Virus record (IMG/VR): IMGVR_UViG_3300044630_005405 | Span: 1 to 31,519 of that record | Strand: one strand, 5' to 3' | Origin: a virus | Lineage: Duplodnaviria; Caudoviricetes | Length of the DNA stretch: 31,519 nt | In this document: positions 1-7,792 of the stretch, in pieces | Position numbering within the stretch: the stretch's first letter is position 1 | Layout: every line of letters begins with the position of its first letter | Notes under the pieces: generated by a model | What the model saw: only the letters and a program-made list of their open reading frames with translations | Told to the model about the DNA's origin: nothing | Database searches by the model: none | Position numbers and translations under genes: made by a program

Positions 1-1
1 T

Positions 2-580
2 ATAACAACAAATTCTTTTGTGTTACAACCAGATGATCCATGTGCAAATCACACCGTATCATTAATTGTGACAAAATATTTCACAATAGAAGAGGGCTAC
101 ACCAAAAAACCAGTCATAGATGTAAACGAGAAAAAATTCTTACACGTAAGTGCTGTTTTTGAAAGGGATTTTGGCTACAACGATGCCTGTGAGTTATTAT
201 ACGGAAAATACAGAAGAGGTACATTATCGATATATCTTAATGGATTTATGGTTTTAAGACATCATGACTTTGTTGAGGTTACACCACACGAATTAGATGT
301 TGACGGCATTTACCAAGAAGGCGTTCCGTTTAATATATCGTTTGGTGGTGGGACACAAAATTTGTTAGATGCCCTATACCTAGACGAGACAAAAAGAATA
401 AACACAGTTCTTGAGAAGTTTTTTGCTGGAACCTTTTTAGGTGGGGTTAAAGATTTTCAAATGTATTGTGTACCTTTGTATAGTGTTGAGGTTAAAAAGA
501 TAGTTAATACAATGGCTAATATTTATGACCTAAGAACAATAAAAGGGGGTAGAAAGATATTTATTAATAAATTATTCTAA
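2..580 (+). CDS. C-terminal part of a putative virion structural protein (LamG/concanavalin-like beta-sandwich), 5'-truncated by the window edge
   Basis: The frame is open from base 2, so the GTG at 20 is probably not the real start. 'GTLSIYLNG...ISFGGG...FLGGVKDFQMYCVPLYSVEV' resembles the LamG pattern 'lYvNG...iG...f.G.i.efriY..aL...ei'. The stop overlaps the next start (TAATG). Confidence 0.5.
   Translation: MTTNSFVLQPDDPCANHTVSLIVTKYFTIEEGYTKKPVIDVNEKKFLHVSAVFERDFGYNDACELLYGKYRRGTLSIYLNGFMVLRHHDFVEVTPHELDVDGIYQEGVPFNISFGGGTQNLLDALYLDETKRINTVLEKFFAGTFLGGVKDFQMYCVPLYSVEVKKIVNTMANIYDLRTIKGGRKIFINKLF
558..564 (+). promoter_or_regulatory. TATTTAT motif (putative phage late promoter) upstream of the ORF at 580
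   Basis: GATATTTATTAATAAAT (556-572) is identical to 21623-21639. The motif ends 15 nt before the ATG. Confidence 0.45.
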
Positions 581-981
581 TGGTATTCAGTATAAGACAA
601 AATTCAACATTACCCATTTTGAAAATGAAAGTTTTCAGAGATGGGCGTAATGATTTTAGACGTTTCGAAGAGTTAATCGAAAATTGCGTGGCAACTTTTG
701 CAATGAAAGATGAAAAAACTGGTGTTTATAAGGTTGCAAATAAAGAAGCTAAGATTGTTTTAGAGAATCCATGTGATGAGGATGGTAACAAACATTACAT
801 TGTAACCTATCAGTTTACAAAAGATGATACTGATAAACCTGGTATCTTTTTAGGTGAATTTAAGTTAACCCTTTTTGATTTAGCGGACCCAACATCTGTT
901 TACGGTGAGCTAATCGCACCAATACAAGAAGAATTATATATCCATATTTTGGATTCGTTTATTAAAACGGATATTGTTTAA
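580..981 (+). CDS. BppU-like baseplate/virion protein (N-terminal Ig-like domain)
   Basis: 'FSIRQNSTLPILK...VTYQFTKDDTDKPGIFLGEFKL' matches the BppU_N-type pattern 'ikqgDt.P.l...v.Y.w...Dt..aG.y.aEf'. Confidence 0.55.
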   Translation: MVFSIRQNSTLPILKMKVFRDGRNDFRRFEELIENCVATFAMKDEKTGVYKVANKEAKIVLENPCDEDGNKHYIVTYQFTKDDTDKPGIFLGEFKLTLFDLADPTSVYGELIAPIQEELYIHILDSFIKTDIV

Positions 982-1012
982 AATCAATATTTTAAGTTTT
1001 TTTTGTAGAAAA

Positions 1013-1044
1013 TTTCACTATTAATACATTTATTACTATATTTG
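1013..1044 (+). promoter_or_regulatory. Bacteroidota-type housekeeping-sigma promoter for the DNA polymerase
   Basis: TATATTTG at 1037-1044 is a perfect TAnnTTTG -7 element. TTTC at 1013-1016 (3/4 match to the -33 TTTG) lies 20 nt upstream. TATATTTGTG also occurs at 6971-6980. Confidence 0.55.
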
Positions 1045-1061
1045 TGCCAAAATAATAAATT

Positions 1062-4000
1062 ATGGCCGAATATAAGATTTCGCTTGAGAATATAGAAAAG
1101 TTCCTTAATGGGCATGACGATGAGAAATACATCGTCAATGTCGAGTATGACGCAGAAACTAATTTAATCCATAAGATAAAACAAGATCCAGAACGTGGTA
1201 ATTATATTGAAACGGAGCCTTTAATGGCTTTTATGTGGATAAAAAACCTTAATAAGGTTAAGGAGTTAACAAACTTTTACGGAAACAGCGATTCAAAGAT
1301 CAAGGCGGCCAGACAAAGATACGGTATTGATATTAAAGTGCTTGAGCACGGTGACCACCCAAAACTTATTGATGGTTATAAGTATTTGGTCACGTGTACA
1401 CAAGGTAATGAAAGAATGAAAGCTTTCTTCAGAGAGGGCGGTATCTATATTTACGACACAAGACACGACATTAAATCACATTTTTTAATGATACCACCAG
1501 TCGAGCAGTATTTCATACATACTGGTAAACGACTATTTAAGGGTTTTGAGGAGTATGATGATATTCATAAATTCATATTCGACTTAGAGACAACAGGTCT
1601 TGACCCGCAAACCAATCGAATTTTCTTGATCGGTATCTACACAAACAAAGGTGTTGAAGAAATCATACCTATTGAAGATAATGATGAATCCGAAAGACAA
1701 GGTATTATTAAATTCTTCGAGAGAATTAACGATATTAAACCCACGATTATTGCGGGCTATAACAGTGCAAACTTTGACTGGCCATTCTTCTTTAAAAGAT
1801 GTGAAATCCTTGGTTTAAATATCCAAGAAATAGCGATCACACTTAAGGTTGGCGAGTTAATAAATAACAAACAATCGATGCTCAAATTAGGTAACGAGGT
1901 TGAGGACTACACCCAAACAAATATGTTCGGTTACAGTGTTATCGATATTATGCACTCAGCTAGACGTGCACAGGCGATTGATTCCAGTATGAAATCGGTT
2001 GGTTTAAAATACGTTTGTAAATACAACAAGATTGCTAAGAAAAATCGTGTTTACATTCTTGGTGATAAAATTGGTAATACTTGGTACTCGGATAAACCTT
2101 ATTATTTTGATGATCGGGATGGTGGATACACAACAACAAAACCAACAATCGAGTTCATGGATAATATAACCAGAGAACACGTCCAACAAAACCCAGATAA
2201 GATATTTGTTTACGGTGATAATGAGTTAAGAGAGGGTTATGGTGGTCAGGCTAAAGAAATGCGCGGTGAACCGAACACTGTTGGTATCATAACAAAGAAA
2301 AAACCTTATATGACCGATGATTCGTTCTTTAACGACAATGAGTTTGATACTAATAAGGTTAAAATTAATGAGGGTGTTAAAGAAATAATCCAACACCTAA
2401 AGAACGGCAAAACTGTCGTATTCCCAACGAATGTTCCTGGTAGTGGGTTATCTCAATTAAAGATGAGAGCCCCAAAAACATTTAATTTTTTAATGGACAC
2501 TTATAGAGCGTTACGAGCTTATGTAAATTCCATTCAAGAAGTTGACGGTAAATATATTGTTGAGCGATATCTTATTGATGACTTATGGGAAACAATGGAA
2601 GTTGATGCGGTATATAACCAATCTTCCTTTTTGTTAGCTAAATTAGTACCAACCACATATCAAAGGGTCTCAACAATGGGTACCGCTGGTCTTTGGAAGT
2701 TACTTATGATGGCTTATTCTTTTGAAAACGACCTAGCAATACCTATTTCTGACACAAAAAGAGATTACACAGGTGGTTTGTCCAGACTATTCAAGGTGGG
2801 TTATTCAACCACACTAAGAAAGATGGACTACAACTCACTTTATCCAGCTATTCAGTTGGCTCACGATGTATTCCCAAGTGTTGATATCAACGGTGCGATG
2901 AAATCGATGTTGAAATACTTCCACACCGAACGTTTTAAAGCCAAAAAATTATCGGATAAATACAAAAAAGAGGGTAATTATCAATTGGCCGACAAATATA
3001 AACGTAAACAGTTACCTCTTAAGATCTTCATTAACTCGATGTTCGGTGCCCTTGGTGCTCCAATGGCATTCCAATGGGCTGAAATAGATGTGAGTGAGCG
3101 AATTACGTGTACGGCAAGACAATATTTGAGGTTGATGGTTAAATTCTACACAAAAAGAGGTTACGAACCACTGGTGTTAGATACAGACGGTGTTAACTTC
3201 ATGGCCCCTAAAGATGGTGAACCATTCAAATACATCGGAAAGGGTTTAAATGATGAGGTTGAAGCTGGTAAAGAGTACACTGGTGTTAAAGCTGTTGTGG
3301 CTGAATTTAACGACACCTATATGCGAGGTGAGATGGGTCTTGGTTTAGATGGTATTTGGCCAGCGACCATTAATTTGTCTAGAAAAAACTACGCCTTATT
3401 AGAAGATGATGGTTCTGTTAGTTTAACGGGTAACAGTATCAAATCTAAAGCTATGCCTTTATATATTGAGGAGTTTTTAGGTAAAGCCATGAAGATGTTA
3501 TTGAACGGTCAGGGTTATGAATTTGTGCAGTATTACCACGAGTATGCTGAAAAAATCTACAACAGACAAATACCGTTAGCTAAAATCGCAACAAAGGCGA
3601 GAGTTAAAAAGTCAGTAAATGATTATATAAATCGTGGTGGGGATAAAAACGGTAAGCAATTGGCTAAACAAGCTCACATGGAATTAGCCATACAACATAA
3701 TTTAAATGTGAATCTCGGTGATACTATATACTATGTGAATAACGGTAAGGTTAAATCACACGGTGATGCCCAGGAAGATAAAAACGGTAATATGTACGCC
3801 TCATTGGTACCAAACGACATTATAGAAAACCAACCTGACTATATTGGTGAATATAACGTACCAAAATACTTAGACTCATTTAATAAAAAAGTTGAACCGT
3901 TATTAGTGGCGTTTCCAAAAGCGCATAGATATGATATCCTAATAACAAAGCCAGAAGATAAAAAAATGTTCCTTAAATCTGAGTTAGATTTGGTTAATGA

Positions 4001-4163
4001 CGAACCAGATGAGGTAACGGATCAGGATACACTATATGAGTTCTACACCCCATCACAAATGGAGAGGGAGTTCTGGGCTAAACTAAATTATGAGCCAGAT
4101 TATTGGTTTGAGGATAACATTGTCTTTAAATTACCTGGGTTTGATGAAGAAATTCCAGTTTAA
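1062..4163 (+). CDS. polB: Family-B DNA polymerase with 3'-5' exonuclease and an inserted macrodomain-like module
   Basis: ExoI FDLETTG (D174/E176), ExoII GYNSANFD, ExoIII YLIDD (Y503/D507), motif A DYNSLYP (D589), motif B KIFINSMFG (K654), motif C LDTDG (D707) and the KNY motif are all present. About aa 360-490 is a non-polymerase insertion. Confidence 0.95.
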   Translation: MAEYKISLENIEKFLNGHDDEKYIVNVEYDAETNLIHKIKQDPERGNYIETEPLMAFMWIKNLNKVKELTNFYGNSDSKIKAARQRYGIDIKVLEHGDHPKLIDGYKYLVTCTQGNERMKAFFREGGIYIYDTRHDIKSHFLMIPPVEQYFIHTGKRLFKGFEEYDDIHKFIFDLETTGLDPQTNRIFLIGIYTNKGVEEIIPIEDNDESERQGIIKFFERINDIKPTIIAGYNSANFDWPFFFKRCEILGLNIQEIAITLKVGELINNKQSMLKLGNEVEDYTQTNMFGYSVIDIMHSARRAQAIDSSMKSVGLKYVCKYNKIAKKNRVYILGDKIGNTWYSDKPYYFDDRDGGYTTTKPTIEFMDNITREHVQQNPDKIFVYGDNELREGYGGQAKEMRGEPNTVGIITKKKPYMTDDSFFNDNEFDTNKVKINEGVKEIIQHLKNGKTVVFPTNVPGSGLSQLKMRAPKTFNFLMDTYRALRAYVNSIQEVDGKYIVERYLIDDLWETMEVDAVYNQSSFLLAKLVPTTYQRVSTMGTAGLWKLLMMAYSFENDLAIPISDTKRDYTGGLSRLFKVGYSTTLRKMDYNSLYPAIQLAHDVFPSVDINGAMKSMLKYFHTERFKAKKLSDKYKKEGNYQLADKYKRKQLPLKIFINSMFGALGAPMAFQWAEIDVSERITCTARQYLRLMVKFYTKRGYEPLVLDTDGVNFMAPKDGEPFKYIGKGLNDEVEAGKEYTGVKAVVAEFNDTYMRGEMGLGLDGIWPATINLSRKNYALLEDDGSVSLTGNSIKSKAMPLYIEEFLGKAMKMLLNGQGYEFVQYYHEYAEKIYNRQIPLAKIATKARVKKSVNDYINRGGDKNGKQLAKQAHMELAIQHNLNVNLGDTIYYVNNGKVKSHGDAQEDKNGNMYASLVPNDIIENQPDYIGEYNVPKYLDSFNKKVEPLLVAFPKAHRYDILITKPEDKKMFLKSELDLVNDEPDEVTDQDTLYEFYTPSQMEREFWAKLNYEPDYWFEDNIVFKLPGFDEEIPV

Positions 4164-4184
4164 TTGAAATATTACTTAAATCAC

Positions 4185-4207
4185 CGATATTTATAGATAA
4201 AATATCG
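4185..4207 (+). promoter_or_regulatory. TATTTATA putative late promoter embedded in an 8-bp inverted repeat covering the translation start region
   Basis: CGATATTT (4185-4192) / 7-nt loop / AAATATCG (4200-4207). TATTTATA is at 4188-4195 and the ATG at 4209. Confidence 0.55.
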
Positions 4208-4208
4208 A

Positions 4209-4778
4209 ATGGAAAGTAATAAAAATATTAAGGAGTTTATTGATTCTGACGGTGATATAATCAAAGGTGATAAGAAATATATTGATTACACCGCGACAAC
4301 TCACGATACAACCGATGCTACTATCATGAAAACAAGACAACCGTTTGTTTTCCAGAACTATAGAAGATATTACGGTGAATCGACTCTACCTTTTAACAAA
4401 GAGGCTGACAAACATAAGGATAACCCTAAAAAGTTTTATGAATATCTCTATGAAAAGGGTATGGAACACACATTTGAGGATTATTTTGTGGAAATAAAAC
4501 CTAAAATGAAAGATGTTAAACCAGCTACGCCTAAAGAGGAGTTAAAAAAGGTTGCCAAAGAAAGAGCGTTTAAAATGCTCGAAGATCTTTTGTCTAGAAA
4601 AAACGAAGGTGATAGATTAATGCCTAAAGAATTACCAACAATCGAAGAAATTAAAGATAAAGAAAACCTAATATTAGGTAAATTCGACCAGCTCATCGAA
4701 TTTTTTAACGAAAATATGAATGAAGCTGAAAAAAAGGTTTTGTTATCGTATTTTGAAAAATCATTAAACAATGCTTAA
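4209..4778 (+). CDS. Hypothetical phage protein (charged, first gene of a putative late operon)
   Basis: 189-aa ORF with typical codon usage, overlapping the next start. No family recognised. Confidence 0.8.
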   Translation: MESNKNIKEFIDSDGDIIKGDKKYIDYTATTHDTTDATIMKTRQPFVFQNYRRYYGESTLPFNKEADKHKDNPKKFYEYLYEKGMEHTFEDYFVEIKPKMKDVKPATPKEELKKVAKERAFKMLEDLLSRKNEGDRLMPKELPTIEEIKDKENLILGKFDQLIEFFNENMNEAEKKVLLSYFEKSLNNA

Positions 4779-5268
4779 CGAAACTAATTTCTTATATGAA
4801 GAAAATGCTAAATTAATTGGTAATCGATACGATATACCAGAAGAAGTTTTGCATCATATAAAAAATGTATTAAATAAGTTTGGTGATCAAAAAACGGTAA
4901 AAGGGTATAAAAGAGCTAACCACTTATTGAATAACCCCAACCAACCATTTGTTAATCTAGTTATGATTAAATCTTATTTCGATAATGTTGACAAAGACAA
5001 TGTTAACCCAGTTGAATATGAGCTTAATGGTGGTGAAGTTATGAATAAATGGGTTCAAGAACTAATAAAAAACGAAAGGATCCGTGTAAACGGTAATAAA
5101 GTTGCTAGAACTAATGCTGGTATGGACAATCAATTCAGAAAAGACTCTGAAGGTGATGATTTTGATACTAGTTTGGATGATAGAATAATGGATACACCCG
5201 ATTTAATGACAAATAGTGCGTTATTAGAGAGTGTTAATAAAATAAAAAACTTAATAAATAAAATTTAA
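4771..5268 (+). CDS. Hypothetical phage protein
   Basis: 165-aa ORF coupled to its neighbours, with an amphipathic C-terminus 'LLESVNKIKNLINKI'. Confidence 0.8.
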   Translation: MLNETNFLYEENAKLIGNRYDIPEEVLHHIKNVLNKFGDQKTVKGYKRANHLLNNPNQPFVNLVMIKSYFDNVDKDNVNPVEYELNGGEVMNKWVQELIKNERIRVNGNKVARTNAGMDNQFRKDSEGDDFDTSLDDRIMDTPDLMTNSALLESVNKIKNLINKI

Positions 5269-5270
5269 TC

Positions 5271-5537
5271 ATGGCTGACAATATTTTAAAGGTACCAGCG
5301 TCTGAACAATTAAGACAAGTTGCCACACAAGAAAGAGATGGTAAGTTAATCCCAATTAACGAGTATAAACCAAACTCATTTGAATATAGCGCAACTAACC
5401 CAAACGCGTTATCTGATGGTGACGAAAAGGGTAAAGGTAGCATTGGTAACAAAACCGATGTTGAGGAAAGATCTAAACTAATTGCTGTTAACAACTACAA
5501 AGAAAATAATACTTATCCAGACTCATCTGTTGTTTAA
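5271..5537 (+). CDS. Small hypothetical phage protein
   Basis: 88-aa hydrophilic ORF starting 2 nt after the previous stop. Confidence 0.75.
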   Translation: MADNILKVPASEQLRQVATQERDGKLIPINEYKPNSFEYSATNPNALSDGDEKGKGSIGNKTDVEERSKLIAVNNYKENNTYPDSSVV

Positions 5538-5549
5538 TTTTAAAATTAT

Positions 5550-6107
5550 ATGCTTATAATTGAAAACGCGGGTGATGATAAGCTTAATATGCTAAGATAT
5601 GCGATCGAAAATAAATATGAGATCGTATTCTGGTATAGGGGTGTCAAAGTTAGCGACCCAAACGAAAAAAAGTACACCAAACAAAACTATAGACGTGTAC
5701 AACCAGTTGCTTTAGGTAAAAGTAAGGCTACTGGTAAATGGATGCTTAGAGCATACCAAACTGTTGGGGTTACTAATACAGCAAACCAAAAGTGGAAAAC
5801 ATTTCTTGTGGATGAGATTAAAGATGGGACTGTGGATATATTATTTGATTCAACTGGTAAAGAACTTAAAACTTTTGACCCACAATCAGGTTATAGAACA
5901 GATGGTTCTGATAGAAAGATGGATGGTGATAAAGCCATTTCATTTGTAGATACTAGTAAACCAGCTGGACCCAAAGACCCAAACTTTAAAGATCCTAATT
6001 ATAAAGCACCAACCCCAGAAAATAAACCAGAGGATGAGGAACGCGTTGAAATTAATGAGACTCATAGTTCTGGATTTTTAAAATGGATATATAAAATATA
6101 TGGATAA
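5550..6107 (+). CDS. Stand-alone WYL-domain protein
   Basis: 'LRYAIENKYEIVFWY...RRVQPVALG...WMLRAY...WKTFLVDEI' follows the WYL consensus 'l..Ai.....v.f.Y...R.v.P..l.....wyl.ay......r.F.ldrI'. There is no N-terminal HTH, and the C-terminus is a P/K/D/E-rich tail. Confidence 0.75.
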   Translation: MLIIENAGDDKLNMLRYAIENKYEIVFWYRGVKVSDPNEKKYTKQNYRRVQPVALGKSKATGKWMLRAYQTVGVTNTANQKWKTFLVDEIKDGTVDILFDSTGKELKTFDPQSGYRTDGSDRKMDGDKAISFVDTSKPAGPKDPNFKDPNYKAPTPENKPEDEERVEINETHSSGFLKWIYKIYG

Positions 6108-6714
6108 CCAAGACAAAGCGAGTATATTGGCACAAGGTATCGCCAAAGCTAGACAGGTAATGCAAAAAGTTGAAGCTAATACTGGTGGGACTAGTATGAG
6201 CCAACAACCACAAATAAACAGAGCTATGTATTCTGATGATGCGCCAGAACGTGAACCAGAATATCTTAGTGAAGCTGACATGGTTGCTAGAACTAGAGCG
6301 GCTGGCGGTAACGCACCTAAAAATACTATGAAAAATTTAAGCACATCTAAAATGCCTAAGGAAATACTACAATCCTTTATCGAAAACCCAATGGTGGACC
6401 CAACAGTCCCAGTTGGTATGGATAGTTTAATGGAAAAAGTTGCCCAGGCACAACCTAAAATGAAACAGATTCAAGAAGTTGTACAGCAATATGATAAACC
6501 AACTCAAAGACAACAAGAACAACCAGTACAACAACCAGTAATGGATGTACAGTTAATTGAGTATATCATTAAAAAAACTGTTGAGACAGTTCTTGAGGAG
6601 CAAGCTAAAAAAACTAGCATCGATGAGAATTTCCAAATAAAAATCGGTGATAAAGTATTTGGTGGTAAATTGAATGTTTTAAAAGAAAATAATAACAAAA
6701 CAACAAAGAAATAA
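6100..6714 (+). CDS. Hypothetical phage protein (Q/M/P-rich, likely largely disordered)
   Basis: 204-aa ORF overlapping the previous stop, with a low-complexity QQP segment. Confidence 0.8.
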   Translation: MDNQDKASILAQGIAKARQVMQKVEANTGGTSMSQQPQINRAMYSDDAPEREPEYLSEADMVARTRAAGGNAPKNTMKNLSTSKMPKEILQSFIENPMVDPTVPVGMDSLMEKVAQAQPKMKQIQEVVQQYDKPTQRQQEQPVQQPVMDVQLIEYIIKKTVETVLEEQAKKTSIDENFQIKIGDKVFGGKLNVLKENNNKTTKK

Positions 6715-6718
6715 AAAA

Positions 6719-6913
6719 ATGGAAAACAACGTAATTAAATTCTGTAAAAATAAGTGCTGCCCAGTGATTGAAGTTCAATCAGACGCAATTGTTTTAGGTG
6801 ATAAAAACGGGCCAGAAGGTATAACAACTTGGACAAAAAATCAATTTGCTGATTTTGTTGAGGCTGCTAAATCTGGTAAATTTGACGAAATCGTTAATGA
6901 GGTAGAAAAATAA
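6719..6913 (+). CDS. DUF397/BldB-like small protein
   Basis: 'CCPVIEVQSDAIVLGDKNGPEGITTWTKNQFADFVEAAKSGKFD' parallels DUF397 'CVEVa....v.vrDsk.P.gp.l.ft..ew.aFl.gvk.Gefd'. Confidence 0.6.
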   Translation: MENNVIKFCKNKCCPVIEVQSDAIVLGDKNGPEGITTWTKNQFADFVEAAKSGKFDEIVNEVEK

Positions 6914-6939
6914 TATTAACTACTATAAAAATTTTTAAT

Positions 6940-6969
6940 AATGAGGGTTTGTTTACCCTCATTTTTTTT
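6940..6969 (+). terminator. Rho-independent terminator closing the 4209-6913 operon
   Basis: AATGAGGGT (6940-6948) / TTGTTT loop / ACCCTCATT (6955-6963), followed by a T-run to 6969. Confidence 0.8.
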
Positions 6970-6978
6970 GTATATTTG
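6948..6978 (+). promoter_or_regulatory. Bacteroidota-type housekeeping-sigma promoter
   Basis: TTTG (6948-6951) - 19 nt - TATATTTG (6971-6978) is an exact match to the -33/-7 consensus. Confidence 0.7.
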
Positions 6979-6982
6979 TGAT

Positions 6983-7732
6983 ATGGATAAGATATTAGTG
7001 ACCGTTATCGGTGAAATGTGTACTGACAAATTTATTTATGGTGATGTTACGAGACTTTGTCCAGAAGCGCCTGTACCAGTATTAAACCCATTTAGGGTTG
7101 TTGAAAATCCTGGGATGGCTGGTAATGTTGTTGAGAACCTTAAAGCTATTAATAAGTCTTGTGAAATAAATTTTATCACACAAGAAACTGAGATAACTAA
7201 AACAAGGTTTGTTGATGAAAAAAGTAATCAAATGATTGTGAGGGTTGACGAGGGTGAAGATCATATAACACCGCTCGTACTAACAGAACCTATCATAAAT
7301 AAGATACTTTTATCTGATATTGTTATCGTTAGTGACTATAACAAAGGTTTTTTAACGGATGAAGTTATATCTAAGATAGCCTATTACGCGAAAATATCTA
7401 TTCTTGACAGTAAAAGAAAAATGTCTAACCTATTTAAACAGTTTGATTTCATCAAATTAAATAAAAGTGAAAGAGAATCACAAAACAAATTAGATATCGA
7501 GGGTTTAAACATAATTACAACATTAGGTAAACACGGAGCCGAGTTTAACGGGGTTATTTACCCGTCAAAAGACCCTAGAGACACCATTGATGTTAGTGGG
7601 GCTGGGGATACCTTCACATCAGCGTTTATATTAAAATATTTTGAGACCACGGATATTGCTAAGGCCATAGATTTTGGTAATTTAATGGCTTCCGATGTCG
7701 TTAGTAGACGAGGGGTGGTTGTACCAAAATAA
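6983..7732 (+). CDS. rfaE: HldE/RfaE domain-I-like sugar-phosphate kinase (PfkB/ribokinase family; heptose-7-phosphate kinase-like)
   Basis: 'VIGEMCTDKFIYGDVTRLCPEAPVPV', 'SDYNKG' and the PfkB signature 'DVSGAGDTF' are present. Start moved from 6941 to ATG 6983 because the upstream stretch is the terminator/promoter. Confidence 0.85.
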   Translation: MDKILVTVIGEMCTDKFIYGDVTRLCPEAPVPVLNPFRVVENPGMAGNVVENLKAINKSCEINFITQETEITKTRFVDEKSNQMIVRVDEGEDHITPLVLTEPIINKILLSDIVIVSDYNKGFLTDEVISKIAYYAKISILDSKRKMSNLFKQFDFIKLNKSERESQNKLDIEGLNIITTLGKHGAEFNGVIYPSKDPRDTIDVSGAGDTFTSAFILKYFETTDIAKAIDFGNLMASDVVSRRGVVVPK

Positions 7733-7746
7733 ATTTTACATTATAT

Positions 7747-7777
7747 TTTGATTTTTGGTTTAATTTTCTTATTATTA
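7747..7777 (+). promoter_or_regulatory. Possible degenerate host-type promoter
   Basis: TTTG (7747-7750) - 19 nt - TATTATTA (7770-7777; two mismatches to TAnnTTTG) in a 60-nt intergenic gap. Confidence 0.3.
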
Positions 7778-7792
7778 TAGAAATATAATTTA

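Noticed and set aside
982-1012. T-run after the BppU-like gene as a terminator
   Set aside because: No convincing stem precedes the T-tract.
2140-2530. Polymerase insertion interpreted as an intein or intron
   Set aside because: No N-terminal Cys/Ser block, no C-terminal His-Asn followed by C/S/T, no LAGLIDADG/HNH motif, and the frame is continuous.
6941-6982. N-terminal extension MRVCLPSFFLYICD of the kinase, as a possible signal peptide
   Set aside because: It is the translation of the terminator hairpin, T-tract and promoter. Family similarity starts at Met 6983.
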